Assembly (NCBI GenBank): GCA_951406725.2
Contig: OX597819.1
Coordinates: 98,518,001-98,582,000, forward strand
Source: Octopus vulgaris
Lineage: Eukaryota
DNA length: 64,000 nucleotides
Direction of reading: 5' to 3'
The notes under the pieces were generated by a model, which was not told the DNA's origin, ran no database searches, and saw only the letters and a list, made by a program, of their open reading frames with translations. Made by a program: the position numbers and the translations under genes. Positions 36,595 through 64,000 of the stretch are shown here, piece by piece. Within the stretch, counting starts at the first letter, position 1, and every line of letters begins with the position of its first letter.

Positions 36595-37155
36595 TTATTT
36601 TCTACTCTAGGCACAGGCCCGAAATTTTTGGGGAAGGTAGCTAGTCGATTAGATCGATCCCAGTACACAGACCCCGAAAGGATGAAAAGCAAAGTCGACT
36701 TCGGCGGAATTTGAACTCAGAACATAAAGACAGACGAAATATCGCTCAGCAATTAGCCCAGCGAGCTGACTTTTCTGCCAGTTCGCCACCTTAGAATTTA
36801 GATAAATATTCTTTTCTACACTAGGCCCAAAATTTTGCGGGAGGGCGCCAGGAAGCAACTGGTACTTAATTTATCGACCCCACTATGATGAAAGTCAAAG
36901 TCGACCTCTGGGGACAGACGAAATACTTATTTCTTCATTGCCCACAAGGGGCTAAACATAGAGGGGACAAACAAGGACAAACAAAGGGATTAAGTCGATT
37001 ACATCGACCTCAGTGCGTAACTGGTACTTAATTTATCGACCCCGAAAGGATGAAAGGCAAAGTCGACCTCGGTGGAATTTGAACTCAGAACGTAACGGCA
37101 GACGAAATACCGCTAAGCATTTCGTCTGGTGTGCTAACGTTTCTGCCAGCTCGCC
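36595..37155 (-). mobile_element. cluster of SINE family 3 copies
   Basis: GGCGAGCTGGCAGAAACGTTAGCAC...GAGTTCAAATTCC...GGGGTCGATAAATTAAGTACCAG; other copies about 10960-11120(-), 20668-20822(+), 39255-39470(-), 45332-45885(+), 56715-56895(-). Confidence 0.8.
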
Positions 37156-40100
37156 TGGGACCATAGGACTTTGTTCAAGATTACAGACATAGTCGGAGGG
37201 TCTTTGTTGCTCTAATAGAATTGCTTCGCAAGGGTCTACGTTTTCTTTTGGAAATTATAGCCTTTCTATCTCATTTAATGATGAAAGGTGAATTTTCTTG
37301 ATGTTACATTTAATCTTAACTAGTGGGACCGTGGAACTTTCACGGAACGAAAAAGATTAAGAGAAGCTATTTAAGAGAGAAAGGATGATTTATATTTTAA
37401 TTTTTATTTTGCTTAGTTATTTCACTTTCCGTCACATTAATATATTATGTGATTGTAAAATTTCTCTTTGCTAAGCACTTTATATTTCACTCTTTCTTCA
37501 ACAACCTTTGAACCATGTAATTCCCCTCTTCATGTCTTTAAGATTTATGTCTTTCTCTTCACTTCTCACTTCCTCTAACTACATGAGTGAAAGCATAATG
37601 CACTAGTTGGCTATCTGCTTTCTCACTCACTCTCACGTTCCCTCATCCTCTCTCTCTCTCTCTCTGTCTCCTCCTCCTTCTCCTATTCTCTAACTAACGA
37701 AAGCGTAAAGTGTGAACAATCAGGTAGAAGAATAATATAAATTTAGTCCAATAAAATAAGATATTTTTCACAATTAACACATCACCACCACCAAAACCAC
37801 AACCATCATCATCACTATAGTTTTCAGTAACAAAGCTCATTTCATTTCAATTCAGCTATTTGTATTTTTTTGTTCCTGTCGATGTATCTCTACTCTGAAA
37901 ATACAAACGCTATCTCCCCCTCCCCATCTCTTTCAATGTAACTGTCTTCCTGTCCACCTCTCTCTATCTGCCTTTCTTTAACCTAACTACCAAAACATCA
38001 CCTTCTGCTAGATATTGTATCTTAAGCATATCTCTTTCTCTTTCCCTTTTTCTCCCACCCTACAGCACGTCGTTAACACTTTTCTTTTCCAGCTTTCTCT
38101 CTTCCTACGTTCTCTCACTGTCTTTTTCTCTAGCTCTTTGCCTCTCCATTCAACTAACCAAGTGACGCACTTTGCTTTATGCATCTTTCTCTTCTAGTTC
38201 CGCAGTTCTTTTTTCTCTTCTCACATTCCCCCTCACTCTCTCTCACTTTTACTCAACCTCTCACTCATTCCACCTCAACCGTACACTCACTCCTCCTCAA
38301 CCGCACACTCACTCCACCTCCACCTCTCTAACTAACTATTGTTCAGTATTTTACCAGATGTAATAACTTGTCCTGAACTTTTCCAAGTGTAATAACTTGT
38401 CCCCTTCTTTTCTGGGCTTATACTCTTAAGAATATTATTTCTCTTGCTCGCATTTATCCATGTAATCCATGTTTTGTCCAGGCTATGTTATTATGCTAAT
38501 TAATAATGTGTCAAATGTGTTGATTAGCGGTGTCATTGATAATTTTTCCTTACCTCAATGACGCCGGTGACATACATTAAAAGTCACTATATTCATAAAA
38601 AAGCATAGAACTATATTAACTCCTTCAAATTTGGGAAACAAACACACATTACTTTTTTCCTTTAAAACTTCATTGCATGAGATTGATACTATGAAATTCC
38701 TCGAATTGAGCTGTATCATTTAAGCTTAATTAAAATTTAGTTTGTTTTTTAAATGAAAAAGTTAATGATACTTAAATTCAATTTATGCCTGACCTATGTA
38801 TTTTTTCATCATATTTTATCTCACAACTTTTTGATGCAAATTTTTAGAAATGATCCTGCATAGCAGAATATCAAATCCGTAGAATGTCGTCAGAAAGTAT
38901 AAGATTTATTAAACAAAATAATTGAATATTACTTCTTCAAAAACAGAAAGTAGGTGTATAGAATGTCAAAAATTATATCAGATTATTAGATCATATGTAA
39001 ATGAGTTGAACTCACCTAAATACCACTATTTGTGACAAATATATTTTTCGCTCCAATCATAGGTGACGGTTAGTGGTCTGTACAGCACTAAATATACTCT
39101 TTGTCCAAGCCTGTAATTTGCTGAAATCTCTTCTAAACTTCGGTAAGTTTCAAACTATTCATATTTACTTGTATATTTCTTTCGATGAAATTAACTTAAA
39201 CTCTATTAATAGTTTATAGATTAAAGCAGCATATAATTTTTTGATCTAAAATATAAGTTCCAAATTTTGGCACAAGGCCAGAAATTTTGGGAGACAGATT
39301 AAGTCGATTACATTGACTCCAGTGCTCAAATGGTACTTATATTATCGACCCCGAAAGAATGAAGGGTAAAGTCGATCTCCGCAGAATTTCAACTTATAAC
39401 ATAAAAACTGACGAAATGCCGCTAAGCATTTTACCCGGCGTGTTAACGATTCTGCCACTTCGCTGCCTTTATTTTGGGTCTGAAATACTGAAAGAAACCA
39501 ATGTGCGTGAGAGCGCATATCTTGTTATTAATTTTGTTGTCGTTGATTTTGTTGTTATTATGTGAGATTGAGTATATATAAGATGTGTATGAGGTGTTGG
39601 AATTCAGCTCTGCTCAGCACTGAACTTTCGAAATTATGGTTAAAAGTGTTCTATTTATAATCATAGAAGCCTTTTGTTTTTACATAATAAACTCTATATT
39701 GCATATCAGACGGTCATTGTCCACCTGCGAAGTTTCTTCTAGCGAGAGCGTGGTGGCCAGAAGATACTCGTTCTATTGGTGGGCACTTCGCTTAGTTTTC
39801 TTAGTTAAATAATTTTTTTAGCAAAAATAATAGAAACTGTCTAAGGTTTCGCAACATCGAGTGAGTTAAATATTGAGCTTGAGATAAAAGAAAAGTAATT
39901 TTTATATTTTGGCAATGGCTGGAATTTTACTAATAGAAAACGTAGTAGAATTACGAGAAGTTATTCAAGTTTTTTTAGTCGTAACCAGCAGTAAAATAGT
40001 TTGTTAGAAATTACTAATTTCAGAGAAAATCTGAACTAATTCTCAAAAACTATTTTCGAACTCATTGGAAAAAATACTGAAATATATTTGGAATCTATAG

Positions 40101-40999
40101 ACAATGTTAAGTTTGATGGTAGTAGAAGAAAAGGTCGTAGGAAGAACAGGGATATGATGGAGGCGGATGGAAGTATTGTCTAAAAGGAGGAGTTATATTT
40201 CGTAGACGAAATTCTACAGCGATTAATATATTCGCGTTGGAATCTATCAGAAAGTATTAAGAATGGATACGTTCGTAGTTGTTTATGCAATGATGTAAAA
40301 TTGGGAAGTCGGATTAAGCGTTAAAAAAATGTTATTATTATTTTTGTTTCTTTGTCTTTCTGAAGAGGTCACAAGATGAGTTAAACAAATAATGATCGAA
40401 TTAACCACAGAAATAATTTTCTGATATAATTAGATAGGGCTTTAATAAACAGTTTTTAAGGCAGTTATTTCAGTTGTTCATGGACCGAATCATATTCTTT
40501 ATAAAACGTATTTGGTATTCACTAAAAAACTGAGGATAATAACAGAACTGTGAAGGACCGTTGTTGAATAATAAAATTTTTTAACTGTTTAGAATGACTT
40601 TATTAAATTATTCAAGGAAGACTACACTTATTGGTCATACACCAATTTGTGTTATAGCGTAATATAAATGACAGTTTCACATAATTCACTGTAAACACTG
40701 GTGGCAAAGATATGGAGCAACATAAATTTTTGAAGCCTTTAAAAACAGAGCTTAATATTTTATATCGTAGGTTGCTAGTTCTACTATGAATGGATGTAAT
40801 TGAATACAAATATTTTGATTATTTAGATCATTACAGAACGATCAATATAAGTGTATGGAGCATAAGATTCTAGACTATTTAAAAACTTTATTATAGGTAT
40901 ACAAACAAATGCCAAACTGCTTAGATAAATGTCACTACTGTGAAACCCCTAAGAATGTCACTTTTGTTGCATTCTGTATCGTATTGCATTTAGTGAATT

Positions 41000-41400
41000 G
41001 GTTTAGAAATTTTAATATCTTTTATCTTCTATGAATGCAACCGGAAATGTATTCAGTGTTTATTGAGTAGAGAAACTTGTATATGATTTGGCAACGCATA
41101 TTAATATCGATTTGATATCAACGCTAATATTATCATTTTGCAAACACCATATAAACTTTGACAAACTTTTGTAATTGTTTCTAAATTTGCTCTTAAATGA
41201 ATGAAGATGCTGGGTACAGCGATATTTGAATGAGTTCCATGACATTCCGGTATAAGATTTCAAAACCCTATCAATCTTCATTTTAGTCCAGTAAATAATA
41301 CCTTTAGTAGTATATCGAAGTTGCAGATGGTAGTCATTCAAGTGAGTACAATTACAAGATGAGATGTAGACTATTAGGACGAATTTCTGTTCATTACATA
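41000..41400 (-). mobile_element. Penelope-like element GIY-YIG endonuclease remnant
   Basis: GIIY...SYTGMSWNSFKYRCTQHLHSF...SLSKFIWCLQ...AKSY matches the PLE GIY-YIG pattern (IY, YxG, R..H..SF, LSK.IW.L). Confidence 0.75.
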
Positions 41401-41853
41401 AAATATGTATTATTATGTCGTTATCTCGTCTTTTAGTATGTAGAGAATTGCATTGACAATATGTACTCTTAATGAAGGTTGGTTTGATGTGACTTTAGGT
41501 AAGTTTGGTTACTATTACAGTAGATTGAATTACAGTTTATGTAAGATGGTTATAAATTACTCAGGGATGGTATGCTGGTAGTACAGGCAATATTTCGGTT
41601 ACACATACACACACACACATAACTATCCCTCTCTGTCTCACACACACACATATACACGATGGTTATCGTGAAAGGCCTGGAGGGAGGCCCAACATTCCGA
41701 GTTCTTTTATAGGTCTTAGAAAAACTGAAGGACCGCTGCAATAAGTGTGAATCTAGGAGGGGAATTCGTTGAATAAAATCATAACTAACCGATCCTCCTG
41801 TATTTTCTTTTATCCAAAGCCAGGAAATTTTCAGTATCCCTCGTATATAAATA

Positions 41854-43411
41854 CTAGCATTATGACCCGTCGTTGCCGGGTCATAGTGCTAGTGCATGTA
41901 TATATGTGTATATATATGTGTACATATTACATGTGCATCTATATATATACATCTACACATAAAATACAAAATACAAAATACAAAGTTATATCTTGATATC
42001 GCTAGTGATAACAATACTTAAAATATAAAACATATTGGAATTGTAAGCCCGTCTCTTGCAATTTCGATCAATTGTATCTTGTCCTCCGTCTTGTATAGAA
42101 GTGTGGCTACAATCCAGCCTACTTCTACTTCTGGGGGGATATTTTAAATTTTTATCCGGGACGTCCTACGTCCCAGATATAAAGGTAAAAATAAAATATT
42201 TCCACTTTGCAAGGTTCGAGTCGAGTTCTCCCTTGCACGCTCCGTTGACTCAAACCTTGCTTCTATTGTGGCGAATTTACTGCCTCTAGTTAGATATCTT
42301 TCATAGTCGCACCAAGACACTTTTCGATGGTGCTTTCCTCCAGGTGTTCAAATCTTTTTTTTCTCTACATTGTATACTTTATAGACAATAGTCTTTTCTT
42401 TAATTTAATTTTTCATTTCGTTTGGTGGTGCTATCCTAGATTGTCTTTGTCGGTGATCAATCCGTATATCTTCTATCTTAATTTCAATGAGTTCGCGCCC
42501 ATCGACGGCTGCAGCGAAATTCATTTTTGGACTTTCTTCTATCGAAGGCATTCTAACAAAAATGCTTCCGTGTAAACGTTGAAAATATTGTCAATTTCCC
42601 CAAACAGGGACACAATTCAATTTTTAAACAATAACCAAAGCTCCTTCCCCCAAAGGGGGAGGGTTACAGTTTACAATTATTTAACAAATGCAACACAACA
42701 ATGTTTCCTTTACGAGGAACCAACAAACGTGATAACGATAGTTAAACAGTAATAATAATAACAACAAACCTTACGATGAATCAGAAAGCAGTAAGCAGTT
42801 GAAGCTTTAGTCCTTTATGTATAAGAAATAAACCAACAGCAGTACTCTGTAGAAGCGGCTGTTCGAGAAAATAGATATTACATACAGCCAAACTTCATAT
42901 AGATACTTAAGGCTAGCTAATTAGCAGATAATCTAATGTAAAAGCACAGCTCCATCTGAACTATTTCATTTCTGCACGCTAATTTTATTTTTAATTTATT
43001 CCCATTCATGTGAAACCACTTATTCAAGTTCAAGTCATTGATGCAATTTTATACCAATTGCTATTTTTACTTTTGTTATGTTACGATTATATTATACTTT
43101 AGTTTGATTCTAATTATTACTTACTACATATAATTCAATTGTTATTATTATTTTTATTGTTAAAGTGAAGGCATCTGACATAAAATAGAGGAATGTTTTT
43201 GTTTTACTTTTAACACATAATACTGAAATAGTGGAGAAGATATGATATTGTTATGGGCTCGCTCTAGGCAAGAAGTTGAACATTTTTTTGCCCATGAAAC
43301 TACATGGACCCTAAGTAAGGCATGTGTAAATTTTGAATGGAATTGGTTGTGTAGTTTTCAAGTTTTAGGGAAACACACAGACAGACACATTCTCAGTTTT
43401 ATATATAGAGA
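41854..43411 (-). mobile_element. non-autonomous Helitron
   Basis: minus strand A|TCTCTATATATAAA 5' end; subterminal hairpin TATGACCCG/CGGGTCATA; CTAG|T 3' end; no TSD. Confidence 0.75.
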
Positions 43412-43490
43412 TAAATATATATTTCGTTTTTGGATTTGGTTTTCAAGATTCTTGTGTTTCGTTTTTGGATTTGGTTTTCAAGATTCGTGT

Positions 43491-43770
43491 GTTGAGTCTG
43501 GGGAGATCCATTTCTTTCTGTGCCTTATTATTTAACACACTCACCGGTAAAATTTCCACTTTTTTCTTATTTTTATTGTCCTAACATTTTCGTTGCGTCT
43601 TGCAACCTTTTCAGTAGTTTTGACTGTTGAAAAAGAGTCAAAACTATTGAAAAGGTTGCAAGACACAACAAAAATTTTAGGACAATAAGAATAAGAAAAA
43701 TGTGGAAATTTTACCGGTGAGTGTGTTAAATAATAAGGCACAAAAAAAAATGACTCTCCTCAGACACAAC
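43491..43770. mobile_element. palindromic (foldback) MITE, about 135-bp arms
   Basis: arms GTGCCTTATTATTTAACACACTCACCGGTAAAATTTCCAC... and its reverse complement, centred at about 43630. Confidence 0.85.
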
Positions 43771-43771
43771 A

Positions 43772-43838
<67 letters not shown>

Positions 43839-43839
43839 T

Positions 43840-44709
43840 TAACAATTGAGGATAAAATCTTTAAAAGAAATTATCAGTAGTCAGCGTGAAAAACCTCGTA
43901 AGAGAAAAATCCGTAAATTCTTCCTCTTTGAAAATATTCATTTATATTATATTGAGGGTACTACTATTCGTAGATACCAACACGCTAAGAGGGACCAATG
44001 CGGTCAAAACTATAAAAATAAACAAAATTTTACCGAATGCAAAACTTGAAAAACACATCATTTTAAAAAAGAATTCAGTTACATATCACATGTGATTTCG
44101 CATTTAACGCAGAATATGCATTTCATGTTCATCAGTGCAACAAACTCAAGAAATATAAGAGAAAACATAACATTACAAGCTCGATAGCCAACCGTAGAAT
44201 TCGTCGTAGCATGTACGAATGTTTATCTTTACATATCTATGAAAATGGCGGGCTTATTCGCAATGCATTTCGGTACAAATTGTCTAGTCGGGATAAAAAT
44301 TCAGTATTGAACTATTCCGGTGAAAAATATAAATTAACAATTGAGGATAAAATCTTTAAAAGAAATTATCAGTAGTCAGCGTGAAAAAAACCTCGTAAGA
44401 GAAAAAATCCGTAAATTCTTCCTCATTTATATTATTTGAAAATATTCATTTATACTTCAAAACACATTTTTTGAGTGTTGCATTTTGTTGCACTGATGAA
44501 CATGAAATGCATATTCTGCATTAAATGCGAAATCACATGTGATATGTAACTGAATTCAATTGAGGATTTTTAAAATGATGTGTTTTTGAAGTAATTTTGC
44601 ATTCGGTAAAATTTTGTTTTATTTTTAGTAGTTTTGACCGCATTGGTCCTCTTAGCGTGTTGGTATCTACGAGTTTAGTAGTATTCCTCCGTGTTGGTAT
44701 TGTACCCCA

Positions 44710-44715
<6 letters not shown>
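43840..44715. mobile_element. direct plus inverted repeat structure (PLE pLTR-like) bounded by (TA)n
   Basis: direct repeat 43840-43926 / 44336-44424; inverted repeat about 43968-44143 / 44483-44672. Confidence 0.6.
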
Positions 44716-44766
<51 letters not shown>

Positions 44767-44768
<2 letters not shown>

Positions 44769-45056
44769 AAAGTACCTGAGAAAAGATACGGCGAAATCGC
44801 CGTCGATCCGTCCGAAAACTGGCTGCCATTGCAAAAATAAGCCGAACACCGATATACTGAGTACTGGAAGATCTCAGGACCCACCCCCAACAAGATAATC
44901 CGCTGTCAGGAACTCACGCAAGTTTATAAGGGCCTGATACTGGAGAGAAGTCGTCTCATCCTGCGTCAAATTGCTGAAGGCATGCTGCTCAACTTGGTGT
45001 TCACTGATGAAAAGAAAGTTGACATCGACCAGTCAGTAAACCACCGGAATGACCGA
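44767..45056 (+). mobile_element. Tc1/mariner-superfamily transposase fragment
   Basis: LVFTDEKKVDIDQSVNHRNDR (first catalytic D motif). Confidence 0.65.
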
Positions 45057-45882
45057 CATATATACGACGGGCTTCTTTCAGTTTCCGTCTACCAAATCCA
45101 CTCACAAGGCTTTGGCCGCCCCGAGGCTATAGTAGAAGAAACTCGCCCAAGGTGCCACGTAGTGGGACTGAACCCGGAACCATGTGGTTGGTAAAGAAGT
45201 TACTTACCACACAGCCACTCCTGCGCTTTATGATTATGTTGTTTTTTTTTCTACTAAGGAAAACGATACAGCTGGGGCTTTACTTTTTTCAGTTCTATTG
45301 ATAATGTATTTTAATAGTCAAATAAAATTTGAGGCGATGAGCTCTCAGAATCGTTACCGCATCAGGCAAAATGCTTTGCGGTATTTCCCCCGTCTTTATG
45401 TTCTTAGTTCGAATTCTGCCGAGGTGAACTTCGCCATTCATCTTCTCAGGGTCGATATAACAAGTATCAGTTGAGTACTGGGGTAGAATTAATTGACTTC
45501 CTTCCGCCCCCGTACTTACTGGCCTTGTGGAAAAATTTGCAATCATTATTCGACCCCAGTGTTTAAGTACCAGTTGAGCACTGAGGTCGATGTAATCGAC
45601 TCATCTTCTGCCCCAAAATTGCTGGCCCTGTGGCAAAATTTGAAACCATTTTTATTATCATCATTATTTAATGGCGGAATCTTGACCTTGTTACCACTTC
45701 GGACAAAATGTTTAGTGGCATTTCTTCCGTTTTTACATTCTGAGTTCAAATTCCGCCGAGGTGAACGTTGCCTTTCATCCTTTTGCGGTCAATAAATTGA
45801 GTGCCAGTCAAATACTTGGTTCGATGTGATCGGTTTTCCCCCTCCCCACAAAAATCCAGGCCTTGTGCCTATAGTAGAAAGG

Positions 45883-45942
<60 letters not shown>

Positions 45943-46935
45943 GTCATCATCATCATCATCATCATTATTATTGAGTGAGAGAGCAGTGCATACCATCAAA
46001 GTGACACTGGGGTAAAATATACGAAGCCCAGTATACCCATGATAACTACCTGTCTGATAAGGGTACACTAGGCACATGCATCACAACAATATGTGCGTGA
46101 CTTAGGGATCTCATATCAAGATAAACAGCACATGACCTTGCAGGTGGGGCCCAGTTAGAATTTTTTCTGGTCGAGTAACCCATCCTGCTCAAAAGGTCCC
46201 TGAATAAGGGTTGTTTAAGGATGTTGAACGAAACACCTATATTTCCAGAGGTGAATTATTCAAACGCCAAAGAATCCCTCTCAACACATGGCTATGATGC
46301 TCCCCCACTACTTCTGCCCTTGATCAGCGATGCACATATCGTCTGGAATTTGAACTCAGAACGTAATGGCAGATGAAATACTGCGAAGCATTTCGCTCGG
46401 CGCGCTAACGTTTCTGCCAGCTCGCCGCCTTAACATATTTCTTTACCATAAGCTGGATGTAAACGTTCATGACATACACAAATACTATAATCATTCCGAG
46501 TCTATTATAAATATTCTTGTTAGAAATGTTTAACTTAGAATACATTAATTGTCAGCATATATTTATACCCATCAACAAAGAAACCGTACCGTATAGATAA
46601 GCCCTTCCTAAATATTAGATAACAATACAAATAAATTGTACGATTCTATATTTCAGTCCTTTACATTTTTAGCTCAAATCCTGTGCGGAACATATTTCAG
46701 TTTTGTACTGGAGTAAATTCAATCAAATATATCACTTCTTTACAATTATTTGACAACGTGTTCATTGTATCAGATCGCGTTATCCGTGTACTTAAACACG
46801 CTTATATACAGATTGTGTCATTCATCCTAGTACACACGTCCATTAATTTGTAAATGGAAGGAAGACGAAGTATTTATTGGTAATCTAACATATACAAAAT
46901 TTTACTCTGATTTTCTAATATTACAAGATACCATC

Positions 46936-62432
<15,497 letters not shown>

Positions 62433-62507
62433 GTAAGTATTCGTTGGTCCGTTAATTTCGACCAGTTTTTGCGCCTGCGTTTACTTTGACCATTAACAAA
62501 TATATGC

Positions 62508-64000
62508 AATGGGTCAATCTCATATCCAATCAGCTCTACATGTTTATTTGATTATCAGCCGCTCCTCTATTACTGATAGTAAATGCATCTGACGTTGAAA
62601 ACAGTGGCGTAAAAGTTTCTTGAAGATTTTTTGGATCTTCTTTCCTTTTTTCCAAGCGTTTTGATCCAAAAGAAACGAGGTACAATTCTTTCGGAAGAGG
62701 ATTAGTTTTCGCTTATTTAATTTTGAAGCTTTTCAATACTTCTTAGAAGGGCGAACCTTCATCATATATACTGATCGTAAGCCGTTGACTTATGCATAGC
62801 AATCTAAGACTGATAAATACTCTCCTCGAGACATCAGGCACCTTGTTCATACCTTGCAGTTTACTGTAGATATTCGTTATATCAAGGGTGCTGATAATTT
62901 TGTCAATGCTTTGCATTTCGCCGATATTATTTAGTTGGAAAGGATTGTTATGCATCAAAAAGAACAAAGAACAGTTACCACAACTCTAGACATAGAGTCA
63001 TCTTCTCTTGATTTTCATATATTATTACTGCATTCCTATATGGTGTGATGTTTCTACTAGATTTTCTAGACCGTGCGTCCTTTAGAATCATAGACGAACC
63101 ATCTACTCCACTTTCCATAATTTATCTCATCCGAGTATTTCGGCAACAGCGAAATTAATTTCAAATCGTTTTGCTTGGTCTAGTATGCAGAATGACATTC
63201 GTAATTGTATATCCTGCCAAAAGCCACGATTAAGCCCTCGTCAAAACACCGCTTGGCATCTTTGCGACTCTTGACGCTCGTTTTGAGTAGATCTACGTGG
63301 ATATCATGGATTCTCTTATACCAGTTCAGGGTAAAATTATCTTTTGACCTATACAGGACCGTTTTTCCAGATGACCGGAAGCCATACCGATTAAAGACAT
63401 TTCATTCCTCTATAGTTGCCAATGATAATAATGATAATAACGACCAACAGAGTCCGTCAGTTCTAATTCAGTCTTTTCTCTGACCTAACCCGTTAGGTAC
63501 GCGTCAAATTTGCACTCCAGCTTACCGCTTCATGGAATGATAGAACGTTTTCATTGACAGCTTAAAGCAGATTTACGAGCACATATCGATTCGGATAGAT
63601 GGTTAGAAGCTCTGCTGGCTGTGTTACTAGATTTATGTACTGTTGTTAAGGAGGACCTACGTTACTCCTCAACTGATATTGCTAACAACTACTCAACAAT
63701 ATGATCCCACCAGCTATATTCATCGGCTACGAAATTACATGGCGGAGTTAGCTCTATCAATAACGAGACTGCAGTCGATTAAAACTTTCGTTCTACTCGA
63801 TATCAGTAGATGGACTCATGTATTTACACGCAACGATGCAGTTAAGCATCCGTTGCAGACAGTTTATTCCAGCCGTACCGTGTGTTAAAAGTTAAACCAT
63901 AGTATATGGTTTTGGACATCTAAGGGCGACAGGAGACTGTTGATCGGTTGAAGCAGGCTTTCGTTGAGCCTATTTCGCTACTACAACACTCCTCTTTTTC
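62508..64000 (+). mobile_element. duplicate of the same Gypsy pol remnant in copy B intron 8
   Basis: colinear with about 14960-16520, so the insertion predates the gene duplication. Confidence 0.88.

Noticed and set aside
39560-41000. Possible gene or promoter (TATATAAG) with weak RT-like peptide fragments
   Set aside because: There is no open frame or splice structure, and it is too decayed to call.

Overview
Eukaryotic, AT-rich, microsatellite- and SINE-dense DNA. The repeat content looks like an Octopus (coleoid cephalopod) genome; that assignment is inference. The window holds two tandem, same-strand (+) copies of a multi-exon SLC6/NSS (sodium:neurotransmitter symporter) gene about 48-49 kb apart. 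Copy A has coding exons 2-13 at 1678-22916, with exon 1 lying before the window. Copy B has coding exons 1-8 at 46936-62432 and runs off the end. All introns are GT-AG and the frames are intact; the composite protein is about 588 aa. The transporter is amino-acid type (Gly, not Asp, in TM1) but has an unusual pocket: TM1 [10 protein letters not shown]2 Cl-site Tyr->Phe, TM7 Asn->Asp, His at the LeuT-I359 position, and Ile vs Thr between paralogs at the LeuT-F259 position. The paralogs differ mostly by replacement changes. Comparing the two copies exposes filled/empty TE sites: a 5'-inverted CR1-type LINE, an IR/DR Tc1 element, and a Helitron inserted at a predicted branch point. Also present are Penelope-type hammerhead motifs, a 66-bp structured tandem array, duplicated candidate 5'-UTR exon/promoter modules and many decayed TEs. 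Nearly all ORFs in the supplied track are microsatellite or SINE artefacts.
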